Shown here: piece by piece, positions 16,528 through 18,172 of the stretch
How positions within the stretch are numbered: position 1 is the stretch's first letter
How the letters are laid out: each line of letters starts with the position of its first letter
Assembly (NCBI GenBank): GCA_034723415.1
Contig: JAYEOX010000109.1
Span: forward strand, 63,819-81,990
Source: Fidelibacterota bacterium
GTDB taxonomy: Bacteria > Fidelibacterota > Fidelibacteria > Fidelibacterales > Fidelibacteraceae
Direction: 5' to 3'
DNA: 18,172 nt
The notes under the pieces: model-generated
Told to the model about the DNA's origin: nothing
The model's database searches: none
Seen by the model: only the letters and a program-made list of their open reading frames with translations
Made by a program: the position numbers and the translations under genes

Positions 16528-17748
16528 ATGAAAAGATTATGTATGGTATTACTTATTACTCTACCTTTATTTCTTTTTGCAGAATTAAACGAACATATGG
16601 AGGTAAATGGATTACAATTTAAAAATCCACAAGCTGGTGTTTTTATAAAAGATTATTTAAGCGTTGCTGAGATATCTGTTACAGAAATGCCCAACTATTA
16701 TATGAGAATGGCCTTTTTTGCCGGAACTGAGGAGAATATTATTTCCGGTAATGGAAACGAGGCTTTGAAATATATTTCCGAATGGAATTCTGATCCTGGA
16801 AACAGGAAAGTTGATACAACTAAAATTAAAGGTGAAGAAATATTAATTTTTCAAAAAACCTTCCAGGATGCACAACGCAGGCGAGGTTATAAAAACCTGA
16901 AAATGAAAGTTACAGAAAAAATATACAAAATTGAACAATCTGATGCCATGCTCTTTGAATATGAAGTAAAATCGGACAATCATAACGATGAACTTATTGT
17001 CGGATGTTTTTTTGATTTCGATATTCCCGATGAAGATAATAAATGCAATTCCTATAATGATCAGGTTACTATTGACTCTCGCTCCAATTTCATCTATATG
17101 GCCAATCAAGGCAAACCGGAAAAGAGTATGATTCCGACAATTTTACCTTTATCTTCAGATATTGATTATTATGTTTATAACGTTAAGAATGAAGTTTACA
17201 ATGATGATAAGATTTGGGAAACTCTTACAAAGAACAATAAAGCTGATGAGGAATACAGTTCTAAAAAATCTGATTATCGTTTTATGATGTACAAGAAACC
17301 ACAAAAAATTGGTAAGGACGGCGCAGTAAACTTTTCCTTTGTCCTTTTTCATTCCTATGGTAAAAAATCAATCAGTGAAATGCGTAAGGAACTGGATAAA
17401 TATGTTATCAGCTTTCCAAAAATGGCAAAGAAGAATTCTCCTCAGGATGCTAAAGAGATATCAACACCGAACTCTTTTATCTTATCAAATAATTACCCCA
17501 ATCCCTTTAATCCATCTACAAAATTCAGAGTATCAATTCCGGAAAAATCCAATCTGAATATTAAGATCTATGATATTTCAGGAAAATTGGTACAAAAAAT
17601 TCATTCCGGAGTAGTATCATCAGGTACTCATGAGTATATGTGGGATGGTAGGAACCTGAACAATCTAACAGTATCCTCAGGACTTTACTTTATAAAAGCA
17701 GAGTCCGCTGGCACTGTTAAGATGAATAAAATAATGCTGCTAAGATAA
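16528..17748 (+). CDS. Secreted protein with C-terminal FlgD-Ig / T9SS type A-like sorting domain
   Basis: Signal peptide (LFLFA/E); C-terminal NNYPNPFNPST...IKIYDISGKLV...WDGRN...VSSGLYF...KIMLLR; N-terminal domain not assignable. Confidence 0.85.
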   Translation: MKRLCMVLLITLPLFLFAELNEHMEVNGLQFKNPQAGVFIKDYLSVAEISVTEMPNYYMRMAFFAGTEENIISGNGNEALKYISEWNSDPGNRKVDTTKIKGEEILIFQKTFQDAQRRRGYKNLKMKVTEKIYKIEQSDAMLFEYEVKSDNHNDELIVGCFFDFDIPDEDNKCNSYNDQVTIDSRSNFIYMANQGKPEKSMIPTILPLSSDIDYYVYNVKNEVYNDDKIWETLTKNNKADEEYSSKKSDYRFMMYKKPQKIGKDGAVNFSFVLFHSYGKKSISEMRKELDKYVISFPKMAKKNSPQDAKEISTPNSFILSNNYPNPFNPSTKFRVSIPEKSNLNIKIYDISGKLVQKIHSGVVSSGTHEYMWDGRNLNNLTVSSGLYFIKAESAGTVKMNKIMLLR

Positions 17749-17765
17749 CTGGAGGAGGAAATAAC

Positions 17766-18172
17766 ATGAAATTCTTTAAAAATATATTTATTATTGTTAT
17801 ATTATTTAGTATGAATATTTATGCAAGACCACCTTGGGATCAAGGTCCAAATAACAGAACTTATCGAGCAACTGCAAATATATATGTAGAAGATGTTAAT
17901 GGAAATCCGGTCTTTAATATTTCAGGAACCTTCCATTTTAAAATGAGTTTTGATACTGATGGAGACGGGTGTGTTGATGAAGACGACCCTCTGGCATATA
18001 AATTTGAAACTGGAAATTTCACAACTGATCAACAGGGTAGTGCCTTTGTAGAACTTTTTATTACTGTTCCTATTGAGTGGTATAATGGTTGGAAAAATGT
18101 TTATGTAAATGATCTAAATGGGCAAATAAATGGAGTTAACATTTCTATTTCAGAATGTAATAATACTCAATC
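17766..18172 (+). CDS. Secreted hypothetical protein, partial (runs off the window; absent from the ORF track)
   Basis: GGAGGAGG at 17751-17758, ATG 17766, open to the window end: MKFFKNIFIIVILFSMNIYA/RPPWDQGPNNRTY...FDTDGDGCVDEDDP...; signal peptide and DxDxDG motif. Confidence 0.85.
   Translation, partial: MKFFKNIFIIVILFSMNIYARPPWDQGPNNRTYRATANIYVEDVNGNPVFNISGTFHFKMSFDTDGDGCVDEDDPLAYKFETGNFTTDQQGSAFVELFITVPIEWYNGWKNVYVNDLNGQINGVNISISECNNTQ

Noticed and set aside
1289..17557. Short antisense or alternate-frame ORFs (e.g. 1289-1507, 8385-8786, 13196-13564, 13709-14008, 14039-14362, 14447-14692, 15366-15608, 16843-17109, 17339-17557)
   Set aside because: They are shadows of well-supported genes or of repeat DNA, with no motifs.

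Overview
AT-rich bacterial chromosomal window. The Shine-Dalgarno usage, split GcvPA-type glycine decarboxylase, Wzi-like OM protein and NYPNPFNP/FlgD-type C-terminal sorting domain suggest an FCB-group diderm such as Marinimicrobia or Cloacimonadota (inference). Gene order: Nudix hydrolase, queG, glgB, Wzi-family protein, GT2 (+); gcvPA, gcvH (-); a Yip1 + TolC + MFP + ATPase + two MacB-type permeases exporter (+); two secreted proteins at the right end (+, the last truncated). The coding content is mostly ordinary; the unusual signal is intergenic. A 330-bp non-coding element (15961-16290) has perfect 16-bp terminal inverted repeats and a 16-bp flanking duplication. It carries an inverted pair of GGAG-footed double hairpins with compensatory changes and sits in a probable four-helix-bundle gene relic. 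Several other spacers are mosaics of heptamer/octamer arrays and small palindromes that appear inserted into each other. No transposase, RT, CRISPR array or RNA gene was recognised.
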